From assembly GCA_017549765.1 (NCBI GenBank), contig JAFYNM010000008.1, positions 74,733-138,732 on the forward strand: a DNA stretch of 64,000 nt, given 5' to 3'. Under the pieces are notes generated by a model. That model saw only the letters and a program-made list of their open reading frames with translations. It was not told the origin of the DNA and searched no databases. The DNA is from Bacteroidales bacterium (lineage in GTDB: Bacteria > Bacteroidota > Bacteroidia > Bacteroidales > WCHB1-69). Positions 35,312 through 44,703 of the stretch are shown one piece after another (the first letter of the stretch is position 1; every line of letters begins with the position of its first letter). A program made the position numbers and the translations under genes.

Positions 35312-37477
35312 ATGGAAGAACTTGGAAAGAAAATCATAGAGGCTCTCTCCACGGGCAAAACCGAGAAACTGAACTATAAACAGATCGCCGCCAAGGTGGG
35401 CATCTTCGACAAGAAGGGTAGGGAGCAGGTGAAACAGCAGATCGACCGTCTGGTGGCCGCCAAACAGCTCCTCAAGTCAGGGCGCGGCAAGTATCGCATC
35501 AACTATAGACAGGTCAGCGGCAAAGACTCCCACCGTAACTATGTGGTGGGCCGCATCGAGATGAAACGCAGCGGCATGGCCTTCGTGGTGCCGCAGGACG
35601 AGCCCGTCAACAAGACAGACGAGTCGCTTTCCGACGACATCTTCATTGCCGATGGCAACCTGGGCACGGCCCTGCACAACGACATCGTCAAGGTGCTCGT
35701 CTTCCCGACCCGCCGCGGCAAGCGCCGTGAGGGCCAGGTGGTGGAGGTGGTGAGCCGCAGCAAGAAACAGCTCGTGGGCACCATCAACATCTCCAAGGGG
35801 GTGGCCTACTTCATCCCCGACAACGCCTACTTCCGCCGCGATGTCATCATCCCCGGCCGTCTGCTCAAGAAAGCCAAGAGCGGCGATAAGGTGGTGGTGA
35901 CCATCACCGACTGGGTGCAGGGCACGCGCAGCCCGCTGGGCGAGGTGCTCCACGTCCTCGGCAAGCCCGGCGGCAACGAGGTGGAGATGCTCTCCATCCT
36001 CGCCGAGAACGACTTCCCCCTCAAGTTTCCGAAAGCGGTGGAGGAGGCCGCCGAAGCCATCCCTAACGAGATCACGCCCGAAGAGCTCAAGAAACGCCGC
36101 GACTTCCGCAACGTGACGACCTTCACCATCGACCCGGAGGATGCCAAGGACTTTGACGATGCCCTCTCCTTCGAGAGGCTGGAAGAAGGCCTCTTCCGCG
36201 TGGGCATCCATATCGCCGATGTGTCGCACTATGTGAAGCCCGGCTCTGTCATCGATGCCGAGGCCTACGAGCGCGGCACCTCCGTATATCTCGTGGACCG
36301 CACCATCCCGATGCTGCCGGAGGCACTGTCCAACAACCTCTGCTCGCTGCGCCCGCACGAGGACAAGCTCTGCTATAGCGCCGTCTTCGACATCGACGAG
36401 AACGCCAAGGTGCATAAGGAGTGGTTCGGCCATACTGTCATCAACTCCGACCGCCGCTTCAACTACGAGGAGGCGCAGGAGATCATCGAGACAGGCAAGG
36501 GCGACCTCGCCGAGGAGATGCTCCAGCTCCACAAGATTGCCCAGGTGCTCCGCCAAAAGCGCTTCGATAATAACGGCATCAACTTCGAGACCGAAGAGGT
36601 AAAGTTCAAACTCGACGAGAACGCGCACCCCATCGGCGTCTATCTCAAGGTGCAGAAGGAGGCCAACTGGCTCATCGAGGAGTTCATGCTGCTCGCCAAC
36701 CGCCGTGTGGCCGAGAAGGTCGGCAAGAAACGCGTAAACCAGAAACAACCCAACGTGTTCGTCTATCGTGTGCATGACAAGCCGCTGGACGAGAAACTCA
36801 ACACCTTCAAGAACTTCGTCAAAAAGCTGGGCTTCGACCTGCGCACCTCTTCGGTGAAGACGCTCAACGCTTCACTGAACTCGATGCTCGCCTCCGAGAA
36901 GGGCAAGCCGGACTACAATATGCTGAGCAAGCTCTCCATCCGCATCATGGCCCGCGCGGAGTACTCCACCGACAATATCGGCCACTACGGACTCGCGTTC
37001 TCCCATTATACCCACTTCACCTCGCCCATCCGTCGTTACCCCGACCTGATGGTGCATCGGCTGCTGGATCGCTATCTGTCTAATCAAGAGTCGGTTGACA
37101 AAGAAGAATACACCGAATACTGCAAACACTGTTCCCAGATGGAGCAGCAGGCTACCCAGGCGGAGCGCGACTCCGTCAAGTACAAACAGGCCGAGTATCT
37201 GGTGGACAAGGTGGGCGAAGTGTTCGATGCGACCATCTCCGGCATCTCCAAGTGGGGTGTCTATGCCGAACTCACTGAGTCGCACTGCGAGGGTATGATC
37301 CCGATGCGCGCTTTCGATGACGATTTCTACTACATCGATGAGGAGAACTACACGCTGGTGGGCCTCCATAAGGGCCGCAACTTGCGCTTCGGCGACCCCG
37401 TCAAGGTGAAGGTCGTCTCCGTGGATCTGATCAAGAAACAGATGAATTTCGACATCATCTTTGAGGGTAGAAAATAA
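35312..37477 (+). CDS. rnr: Ribonuclease R
   Basis: TIDPEDAKDFDDA, IEEFMLLAN, HFTSPIRRYPD, C-terminal S1 domain. Confidence 0.97.
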   Translation: MEELGKKIIEALSTGKTEKLNYKQIAAKVGIFDKKGREQVKQQIDRLVAAKQLLKSGRGKYRINYRQVSGKDSHRNYVVGRIEMKRSGMAFVVPQDEPVNKTDESLSDDIFIADGNLGTALHNDIVKVLVFPTRRGKRREGQVVEVVSRSKKQLVGTINISKGVAYFIPDNAYFRRDVIIPGRLLKKAKSGDKVVVTITDWVQGTRSPLGEVLHVLGKPGGNEVEMLSILAENDFPLKFPKAVEEAAEAIPNEITPEELKKRRDFRNVTTFTIDPEDAKDFDDALSFERLEEGLFRVGIHIADVSHYVKPGSVIDAEAYERGTSVYLVDRTIPMLPEALSNNLCSLRPHEDKLCYSAVFDIDENAKVHKEWFGHTVINSDRRFNYEEAQEIIETGKGDLAEEMLQLHKIAQVLRQKRFDNNGINFETEEVKFKLDENAHPIGVYLKVQKEANWLIEEFMLLANRRVAEKVGKKRVNQKQPNVFVYRVHDKPLDEKLNTFKNFVKKLGFDLRTSSVKTLNASLNSMLASEKGKPDYNMLSKLSIRIMARAEYSTDNIGHYGLAFSHYTHFTSPIRRYPDLMVHRLLDRYLSNQESVDKEEYTEYCKHCSQMEQQATQAERDSVKYKQAEYLVDKVGEVFDATISGISKWGVYAELTESHCEGMIPMRAFDDDFYYIDEENYTLVGLHKGRNLRFGDPVKVKVVSVDLIKKQMNFDIIFEGRK

Positions 37478-37507
37478 AAGTGGTTCCTGCCGTAAAGCAG
37501 AAACCAC
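37478..37507. terminator. Hairpin between the convergent rnr and TPR genes
   Basis: AGTGGTTcCTGC / GCAGaAACCACT stem. Confidence 0.55.
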
Positions 37508-37537
37508 TATGACTGAACCATGATGCTGTCAGCTTGA

Positions 37538-40500
37538 TTATCTGTTCGCCAGTTTGGCGAAGTATGCCAGCTTTTGCTTCAACACTTTGATCTCATTGGG
37601 GTCGGCGGTCGGGTCGTTCTCCAAAAGATCTATCATGGAACTGATGCTGACCACAGCCCAATGGGCTACGCTTTGGGCATTCGTGGCATTGTCGGCAAAC
37701 TTGACGGCATTGCTGTATAATTCCTTGGCTTTGTCGTAGTCCTCATCTTCTTCATAGATAGCACCGCGGAGCCAGTAGTTGCGGACGAGATCTTCTTCCA
37801 CCGCACTGCGGTACTCTCCGTTATAAATCTTCAGCAAGATGGCGTCAGACTTGTCCAGCTTCTCCAAGCCCATATAGAGAAGCTCGGCCTGTGCATAGCA
37901 GAGGGCATTGCGATAATGCTGGAAGGAGAGCTTGTAGGCCATGTTGATGTCGTTGGTATCCATACGGCAGACCTGTTCCATCAATTCGGTCAGGGTGTCG
38001 CGGGTGTTGATGGCCTTGAGGAACCACTGTTTACGGTTGGCGGTGTCCACATCGGCCATTCCTTGGTAACAGGCGGCCAAGGGGATGTCGATATCAATCA
38101 AGTTGCCACGCCATTTGGTGTAAGAGGTGTCTTTGAAAACAAGGTCGTTCATGCGGAGGCATTCTTCATAATACGGGATAGCCTGCTCGGCGGAGTCAAG
38201 ACCGCGATAAACCTCTGCAAGTGCATAGTTGGCCTGCATGTAGGGCACGTCCATGCCGTCTTTGTATTGGTTGAGCAAGGTTAGTGTCTCGATAAGCTCT
38301 TTTTCGTGGGCGATCTTCAAGTTGGGGTCGCTTTCCAAATTGGCGATTTTACGGGTACTCTCCGCATAGTTGGTCATGTAGTCGAGATCTTCGTGGGCAA
38401 ACTGCTTGTAGTAGGCGGCCTTCTCTTTCTGGACTCTGAAGTATTGCGGGATGTCGTTCTGGTCCTTATAGTACTCTTCCATGATCTGGAGTACGCTCTC
38501 ATAACGGTCGGAAGGGGTCTCCAAGGGATACGTCCCGTAATACTCCTCCGACTGTCTGATAAGCTGATAGGCTTTCTTCTCGTTACCCTGCTGGTAAGTG
38601 TTGATGCCTTTGGTGAAGTACATCTCGCCCAGACTCCGGAAGGTGGTGCTGTCGCCGGCAGCGATGGCTTTTCGCATCCATTTCTCCGCCGTCTTGTAAC
38701 ATTTCTCCGCTGCAGACAAGTTTTTCTGGGTGCGATATACGTCCCCCTCAAACCAATAGGCCGATCCCTTGAGATTTAAGTATTGAGGCATGATGTCGGA
38801 TGGGATGTTGGGCTCCTCGGCCAGGATTTTTCGGTAGGAAGCAATTGCCTGGTCGTATTGCTCTGAATAAAGGTAGGCATCGCCCATCTGGAGATAATTG
38901 GTCAGATAGGGAATCCACCAATGATGGTCTCTGGAAACCGCCTGCTTGAAATAGTCGTTGGCGAGTTGATACTGCGACACGCCCTGTTCATACAATTCCC
39001 ATTTGTAGAGCCGCTCGGCCACGTTGTTATAGTGCTTGGCTTTGGCAGCCTCAAACGGAATCTTCTCCTCCAGAGCTTGCATCTTCAACAATTCATTGGT
39101 GAAGTCGTTGAGTTCGTTCGAAGTCTTGAACTGGCCCGTGGCATTCATGTAGGCCTCCGTGACGTTGTTGAAACGCAGATAGTTCCTCAAAAAGGCAAGA
39201 GGATATAATTGTTGGATGATGTCGTGGGAGGCACGATAGTTCTGGAAGTACTGCTTCAAGACAGCTTCCCCTTCCTCCTCTGCACTCAAGCTACGCCAGT
39301 AGATATCGGACGAGATCTGCATGTTGGCGACAGAGAAATACTCTGGATATTTCTTGACCAAAATCTGTTGGATCTCATTCAGCTTCTTCTCTACCGAGAG
39401 GATGGAGTCGTGCTCGTCATTGATGGTCTGGAAAAGATTGTATAGATTGTACCCTGTGATACCATATAACAACTGCGCCATGTCATTATCCGGATAGTTA
39501 CGGTACAGATGCTCACATAGATTCATCAGGTCGAAGGAGATGTTGATGATCTTGTCGTTGTTGATGGGCATATAGGAGTCTGTCATCTGGAAAGTAGGGT
39601 AGAAGAGACTCCAGAATCCAACCACATCATTACGGAATACCCCTTGATTGTAGGTCTCCAGATAATGTTTGCGATAATACAACAGACTATCCATGCAGTC
39701 GGATGCCTTGAGGGAGTCTTCGATGGTATAGTAGGCATCGTAGAGTCCTTGATACTGGTTGCTGAGGACGTTGCAGAAGTCGTTGTAGGTAAAATGTGGT
39801 GCCAATTCTTTGACCTTCTTCACACGATTTTCGGATGCTTGGACAAAACGTTCGTTGTCGATATTTTTATTTTGGTAAGCTGGATCCTCGAAATAGACCT
39901 CCCAAACAGGAACTCTGTTGTTCTTGCGCTCCTTGTCGCTCACCTCTTTCCATTCATCGTACAGATTGTCGCTGCCGAGGGCATGCAGATGAGAGACAGT
40001 GCTGTTGAGGTTGAACTTCTGTTCGTAAAGAATCCGGGAGTAATCGCTGTATTTGCTGGTGTCTTCTGTGGAGGTGTAAAGTGTGCGGAGGTCCATATAA
40101 CGGGCGATGCGGATCAGGTTCTCGTGGCTTCGGTCGTTCGGCACAATCTGCTCCCGCGCCATTGTGACCGCCTCGTTGATCTTTCCGTCGAGCAGCAGTT
40201 CTTTCATCTCCGCAGGCATGGTGCGATCGTTGTAGGTAATGTTAGTGATATCCAACGCATCGCTCAGCAGGAAACCGGCGTCAGTGAACAAGGTGCCCTC
40301 CGTGTCAAACATCCGCTGGGCGAAGTCGTCCCGGCTGTCTGGATCGTCCTTGCTCTCTTGGAAAGCGTCTCGGATTTTGTCGGTCAACAAGTTGATATCT
40401 TTCCCGAAAAGCTTCATGAAAGCATTCGTAACCCCTTGTTCGTAGAGGGAGTCGGGAATCATGTAGGAGAACAGGGTGTCGCTGCTCTGCACATCACCCC

Positions 40501-40777
40501 ATTGGTAACGGCCCATGTAGGTGAGGGCGGAGTATCCGTCAAGATACCACCAGTCGTGGGAGAGATAGGCACCTTTGAATTCATTTGGCAATACGGCGAC
40601 AGCCACGCCCTTGGCGTTGGTCTGCAACTGCTGCCCGTTTAGGACTAACTTGGCGCCTGCCAGCGGCTTGCCGGTCACGGCGTCGGAGACCTTGAAGATT
40701 TGCTTTACTTGTGCCATGCCGGACAACATGCCGGCAACCAGCAACGTACATAACAGGAGGGGTCGAAAAGCTTTCAT
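37538..40777 (-). CDS. Large exported TPR-repeat protein (about 1079 aa)
   Basis: Start moved to MKAFRPLLL (signal peptide, promoter TATCTTTG at 40810-40817). DAVTGKPLAGA carboxypeptidase-regulatory-like N-domain, multiple TPRs. Confidence 0.8.
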   Translation of the reverse strand: MKAFRPLLLCTLLVAGMLSGMAQVKQIFKVSDAVTGKPLAGAKLVLNGQQLQTNAKGVAVAVLPNEFKGAYLSHDWWYLDGYSALTYMGRYQWGDVQSSDTLFSYMIPDSLYEQGVTNAFMKLFGKDINLLTDKIRDAFQESKDDPDSRDDFAQRMFDTEGTLFTDAGFLLSDALDITNITYNDRTMPAEMKELLLDGKINEAVTMAREQIVPNDRSHENLIRIARYMDLRTLYTSTEDTSKYSDYSRILYEQKFNLNSTVSHLHALGSDNLYDEWKEVSDKERKNNRVPVWEVYFEDPAYQNKNIDNERFVQASENRVKKVKELAPHFTYNDFCNVLSNQYQGLYDAYYTIEDSLKASDCMDSLLYYRKHYLETYNQGVFRNDVVGFWSLFYPTFQMTDSYMPINNDKIINISFDLMNLCEHLYRNYPDNDMAQLLYGITGYNLYNLFQTINDEHDSILSVEKKLNEIQQILVKKYPEYFSVANMQISSDIYWRSLSAEEEGEAVLKQYFQNYRASHDIIQQLYPLAFLRNYLRFNNVTEAYMNATGQFKTSNELNDFTNELLKMQALEEKIPFEAAKAKHYNNVAERLYKWELYEQGVSQYQLANDYFKQAVSRDHHWWIPYLTNYLQMGDAYLYSEQYDQAIASYRKILAEEPNIPSDIMPQYLNLKGSAYWFEGDVYRTQKNLSAAEKCYKTAEKWMRKAIAAGDSTTFRSLGEMYFTKGINTYQQGNEKKAYQLIRQSEEYYGTYPLETPSDRYESVLQIMEEYYKDQNDIPQYFRVQKEKAAYYKQFAHEDLDYMTNYAESTRKIANLESDPNLKIAHEKELIETLTLLNQYKDGMDVPYMQANYALAEVYRGLDSAEQAIPYYEECLRMNDLVFKDTSYTKWRGNLIDIDIPLAACYQGMADVDTANRKQWFLKAINTRDTLTELMEQVCRMDTNDINMAYKLSFQHYRNALCYAQAELLYMGLEKLDKSDAILLKIYNGEYRSAVEEDLVRNYWLRGAIYEEDEDYDKAKELYSNAVKFADNATNAQSVAHWAVVSISSMIDLLENDPTADPNEIKVLKQKLAYFAKLANR

Positions 40778-40969
40778 ACGGATAATGATGATTGATTTGA
40801 ATAATGCGGCAAAGATAATAACTTTATTTATTTTTAGGATGCAAAAAATACGAAAGGTTGCAGCCGTCACTTTTTTATTTTGGTTGTAAAAAATCCACCC
40901 GATGTTTTTATGCCTCCATCCGCTGAAAATTGTGTATTTTTGCCGTCTTGTTGAAAAAATCATGACCCT

Positions 40970-42334
40970 ATGAAAGTCCATTTTATCGCTATCGGAGGCA
41001 GCGCCATGCACAACCTGGCCATTGCCCTCCACCTCAAAGGCTACGAGGTGACCGGCTCTGACGACGAGATCTTCGAACCCGCCAAAGGCCGTCTGGCCAA
41101 ATATGGTATCCTGCCTGACACCATCGGTTGGGATCCCGACAAACTGACTCCCGACCTTGACGCCGTCATCCTGGGCATGCACGCCCGTATCGACAACCCC
41201 GAACTGATCAAAGCCAAAGAACTGGGTCTCAAGATCTATTCCTACCCAGAATACCTCTATGAGCAAAGCAAAGACAAAGTGCGCATCGTGGTGGGCGGAA
41301 GTCACGGCAAGACCACCATTACCTCTATGATCATCCATGTGCTGCAACAGAACCATATTGAATGCGATTATATGGTGGGTGCCCTGCTCGACGGCTTCGA
41401 GGTGATGGTACGCCTCTCCGAGACGGCCAAAGTGATGGTCATCGAGGGCGACGAGTACCTGACATCCCCCATCGACCGCCGTCCCAAGTTCCATCTATAC
41501 CAGCCTACCATCGGCATCATCAGCGGCATCGCCTGGGACCATGTCAATGTCTTTCCGACCTTCGACATCTATGTGAAACAGTTCGAGATATTCGCCAATA
41601 TGATCCCTTCCGACGGTCAGTTTATCTATTGCGAGGATGACAAGACTCTCTGCGAGGTGGCGGAAAAGATACAACAGGCGCCTCGCCAGCCCTATGGCGT
41701 GCACCCCTATCATATCAAGGACAGCGTCACCTACCTCGACACCCCGTACGGCGAATTCCCGCTCCAGATCTTCGGCAAGCATAACCTGACAAATCTCAAC
41801 GCAGCGCGCTATGCCTGTATGGCCGCCGGCGTCTCCGAAGAAAACTTCTATAAAGCGATCTCCACGTTCAAGGGGGCTTCCAAACGCCTGGAACTGGTAG
41901 TCAAAAAAGACTCTTTCGTGATGTATAAAGACTTCGCCCATTCACCTTCCAAACTCAAAGCCACCGTCTCTGCCGTCCGGGAGCAATATCCCGACCATCA
42001 TCTCATCGCCTGTATGGAACTCCATACCTTCAGCAGCCTGACGGAACAGTTCCTGACACAATATGCCGGCGCCATGGATGAAGCCGATGAGGCTATTGTC
42101 TATTTCTCCCCCGAAGCGATACGCCACAAACGTCTTCCTGAGTTGACCGAGGATATGGTTCTCCGCGCTTTCGGCCGCCCCGACCTGACTGTCATGACAG
42201 ATTCCCAAGCCCTCCAAAATAAACTTCTCGCCATCCCGACAGTCAGTACCGTTCTCTTGATGATGTCGTCAGGAGATTTTAATGGAATTAATCTGAATAA
42301 TCTAGGTGAAAAAATTATATCTTTGCCGCTCTAA
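40970..42334 (+). CDS. mpl: Mur ligase family protein (Mpl/MurC-like)
   Basis: HFIAIGGSAM, GGSHGKTT, EGDEY, DFAHSP. Confidence 0.85.
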   Translation: MKVHFIAIGGSAMHNLAIALHLKGYEVTGSDDEIFEPAKGRLAKYGILPDTIGWDPDKLTPDLDAVILGMHARIDNPELIKAKELGLKIYSYPEYLYEQSKDKVRIVVGGSHGKTTITSMIIHVLQQNHIECDYMVGALLDGFEVMVRLSETAKVMVIEGDEYLTSPIDRRPKFHLYQPTIGIISGIAWDHVNVFPTFDIYVKQFEIFANMIPSDGQFIYCEDDKTLCEVAEKIQQAPRQPYGVHPYHIKDSVTYLDTPYGEFPLQIFGKHNLTNLNAARYACMAAGVSEENFYKAISTFKGASKRLELVVKKDSFVMYKDFAHSPSKLKATVSAVREQYPDHHLIACMELHTFSSLTEQFLTQYAGAMDEADEAIVYFSPEAIRHKRLPELTEDMVLRAFGRPDLTVMTDSQALQNKLLAIPTVSTVLLMMSSGDFNGINLNNLGEKIISLPL

Positions 42335-42362
42335 ATTTTAAAGCTCAAAAATTAAAAACATA

Positions 42363-43457
42363 ATGAAAAAATTAACCTTATTTTTAGCATTGTTGGTGTC
42401 ATTCTGTATGATGAATGCCCAGCCGGAGATCAAGTTTGACTCTCAAACGTATGACTTCGGTAAAATCAAAGAAGAGGGTGGTAAGGTCACCGGCCGTTTC
42501 GAGTTTACCAATGTGGGTAACGAAGACCTGATCCTTGTCAATGTGAAACCAGGCTGTGGCTGCACCGCCGCCAACTATTCCAAGGAACCGATTGCTCCCG
42601 GCAAGAAAGGCTATATCGAGGCTACCTATAACCCCTATAACCGTCCCGGCGCCTTCAACAAGAACATCCGCGTCACGACCAACGAACCCCGTTTCGAGCA
42701 AGAGAACGCCGTTCCGCACATGATCTTCATCAAAGGCGAAGTGCTGAAACGCCCCCCTACACAGTTTGAACAAGCCTATTATACCAATGGTAACGGCATG
42801 GCTCGTGTCAAAGTCGGCAGCGTGACCCATAATATGCTGAATACCGAGGTGGTGCGCGATACCTTCAAGGTTCGTAACTTCTGGGACAAGCCCGTCTCTT
42901 TCAAACTGGAACAAAAACAAGATTTCGTTACAGAAGTTTCCAGAAGCTTCGGCGAATCCCTGCAACCTGGCCAAGAAGGCTTTATTATCCTCCAATATGA
43001 TGCTGGCAAACGTAACAGCTTCGGTCAGATGAAGGATATGGTGGTCTTTTTGACGAACGACTCTATCGAACCCAGAAAGAGCATCCATTATGCAGTCAAC
43101 ATCAAAGAAGACTTCTCCAAGTTGACGGACAAAGAACTGAAAATGGCACCTGCCGCCGTGTACAGCACCATTTCCTATGCCTTTGGCGATGTGCAGAAGA
43201 ATACACAAAGCGTAGCCAAAATCACCATCAAGAATACGGGCCGCTCTCCGCTGTTGATTCGTCAAGTGGTCGCCAACTCCGGCTATTTCAAAGCCTCTTC
43301 CGATGTGCGTGAGGTGCCTGTTAATGGTACCGCCACCGTGACGGTCACATTCAAGGCTAGCAACAGACCCGGTATGCAGAAAGCGACTATCGAGGTGGTT
43401 ACCAACGACCCTGCCAATCCTGTTCAGGTGATTGATGTGAATGCCAACATTCTGTAA
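42363..43457 (+). CDS. DUF1573 Ig-like domain exported protein
   Basis: Signal peptide, YDFGKI, PGCGCT, PIAPG, TNDP. Confidence 0.85.
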   Translation: MKKLTLFLALLVSFCMMNAQPEIKFDSQTYDFGKIKEEGGKVTGRFEFTNVGNEDLILVNVKPGCGCTAANYSKEPIAPGKKGYIEATYNPYNRPGAFNKNIRVTTNEPRFEQENAVPHMIFIKGEVLKRPPTQFEQAYYTNGNGMARVKVGSVTHNMLNTEVVRDTFKVRNFWDKPVSFKLEQKQDFVTEVSRSFGESLQPGQEGFIILQYDAGKRNSFGQMKDMVVFLTNDSIEPRKSIHYAVNIKEDFSKLTDKELKMAPAAVYSTISYAFGDVQKNTQSVAKITIKNTGRSPLLIRQVVANSGYFKASSDVREVPVNGTATVTVTFKASNRPGMQKATIEVVTNDPANPVQVIDVNANIL

Positions 43458-43477
43458 TAGAATTTTAGGATAAACAG

Positions 43478-43512
43478 AAAGAGAGACGTCATTTCGATGG
43501 CGTCTCTCTTTT
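43478..43512. terminator. Bidirectional terminator
   Basis: AAAGAGAGACGTCAT-TTCG-ATGGCGTCTCTCTTT between convergent genes. Confidence 0.88.
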
Positions 43513-44699
43513 TAATATAGGAAGTTGTTGTACGGATAGATCTGGATATGCAGTTTCTTGATCTCTTCGTACAAGACTGCTTTCATCTCCGCAATGTTTT
43601 CCTTTGTCTTGGCAGAGACGAAAAGGGCCGTCTGATTGTTCTTGGCCATCCAGGAGGATTTCAACTCCTCTAAAGTGATGTTCTCTCTCGTCTTGGGAGT
43701 CAGGTCCTCGGGATCCTTTTCAACCCAGGAATACTGATCTATCTTGTTGAAGATGATGATGGTGGGCTTGTTGGCCGCGTTGATCTCCGACAAGGTCTGG
43801 TTGACAACGGCAATCTGCTCTTCAAACTCCGGATGGCTGATGTCCACCACGTGCAACAACAGGTCCGTCTCGCGAATCTCGTCCAAGGTGGACTTGAACG
43901 ACTCCACCAGTCCGTGCGGCAGCTTCCGGATGAAGCCTACCGTGTCAGACAGGAGGAAGGGCAGATTCTCGATGACCACCTTGCGGACGGTGGTGTCCAG
44001 CGTGGCGAAGAGCTTGTTCTCAGCGAAGACGTCGGAGTTGCTCAAGAGGTTCATCATCGTGGATTTGCCCACGTTGGTATAGCCTACCAGCGCTACCCGG
44101 ACAAACTTGTCACGGTGCCCGCGCTGGGTGGTCTTCTGCTTGTCAATCTCTTTCAGACGCTTCTCCAGAAGTGATATTCTTTGCCGGATGATACGTCGGT
44201 CGGTCTCGATCTCCTTTTCACCTGGCCCGCGCATGCCGATACCACCGCGCTGCTTCTCCAAGTGCGTCCACATACCCGTCAGACGGGGCAACAGATATTT
44301 GTATTGAGCCAACTCCACTTGTGTCTTGGCGTGGGCTGTCTGCGCCCGTGTGGCAAAGATGTCCAGGATAAGGTGCGTCCGGTCCATTACCTTGCAGCCC
44401 AACAGCTGCTCTATGTTGCGCTGCTGCGAAGGACTCAACTCGTCATCTATCACCACCATGTCCACGTGGTTCTCATGCACATAGTCGGCCACCTCCCGGA
44501 TCTTGCCGGACCCTAAATAGGTGCGTGGGTCAGGGTGCGACAGGTTCTGCGTGAAGCGCTTGACCTCACTGCCTCCCGCTGTCTCCACCAGGAATGCAAG
44601 CTCGTTGAGATACTCATGCGTCTTCTCTTCCCCTACGTTGGGCGTGCATACGGCTACCAATACCGCACTCTCACTGGTGTCAACCACTTGGCTGTTCAT
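43512..44699 (-). CDS. hflX: GTPase HflX
   Basis: RGPGEKEIETDRR, GYTNVGKS, FATLD, DTVGF, NKID. Confidence 0.97.
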   Translation of the reverse strand: MNSQVVDTSESAVLVAVCTPNVGEEKTHEYLNELAFLVETAGGSEVKRFTQNLSHPDPRTYLGSGKIREVADYVHENHVDMVVIDDELSPSQQRNIEQLLGCKVMDRTHLILDIFATRAQTAHAKTQVELAQYKYLLPRLTGMWTHLEKQRGGIGMRGPGEKEIETDRRIIRQRISLLEKRLKEIDKQKTTQRGHRDKFVRVALVGYTNVGKSTMMNLLSNSDVFAENKLFATLDTTVRKVVIENLPFLLSDTVGFIRKLPHGLVESFKSTLDEIRETDLLLHVVDISHPEFEEQIAVVNQTLSEINAANKPTIIIFNKIDQYSWVEKDPEDLTPKTRENITLEELKSSWMAKNNQTALFVSAKTKENIAEMKAVLYEEIKKLHIQIYPYNNFLY

Positions 44700-44703
44700 A
44701 AGG

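Noticed and set aside
40778-41494. N-terminal extension of the 1318-aa ORF
   Set aside because: It overlaps mpl in antisense. The signal peptide and promoter place the real start at 40777.
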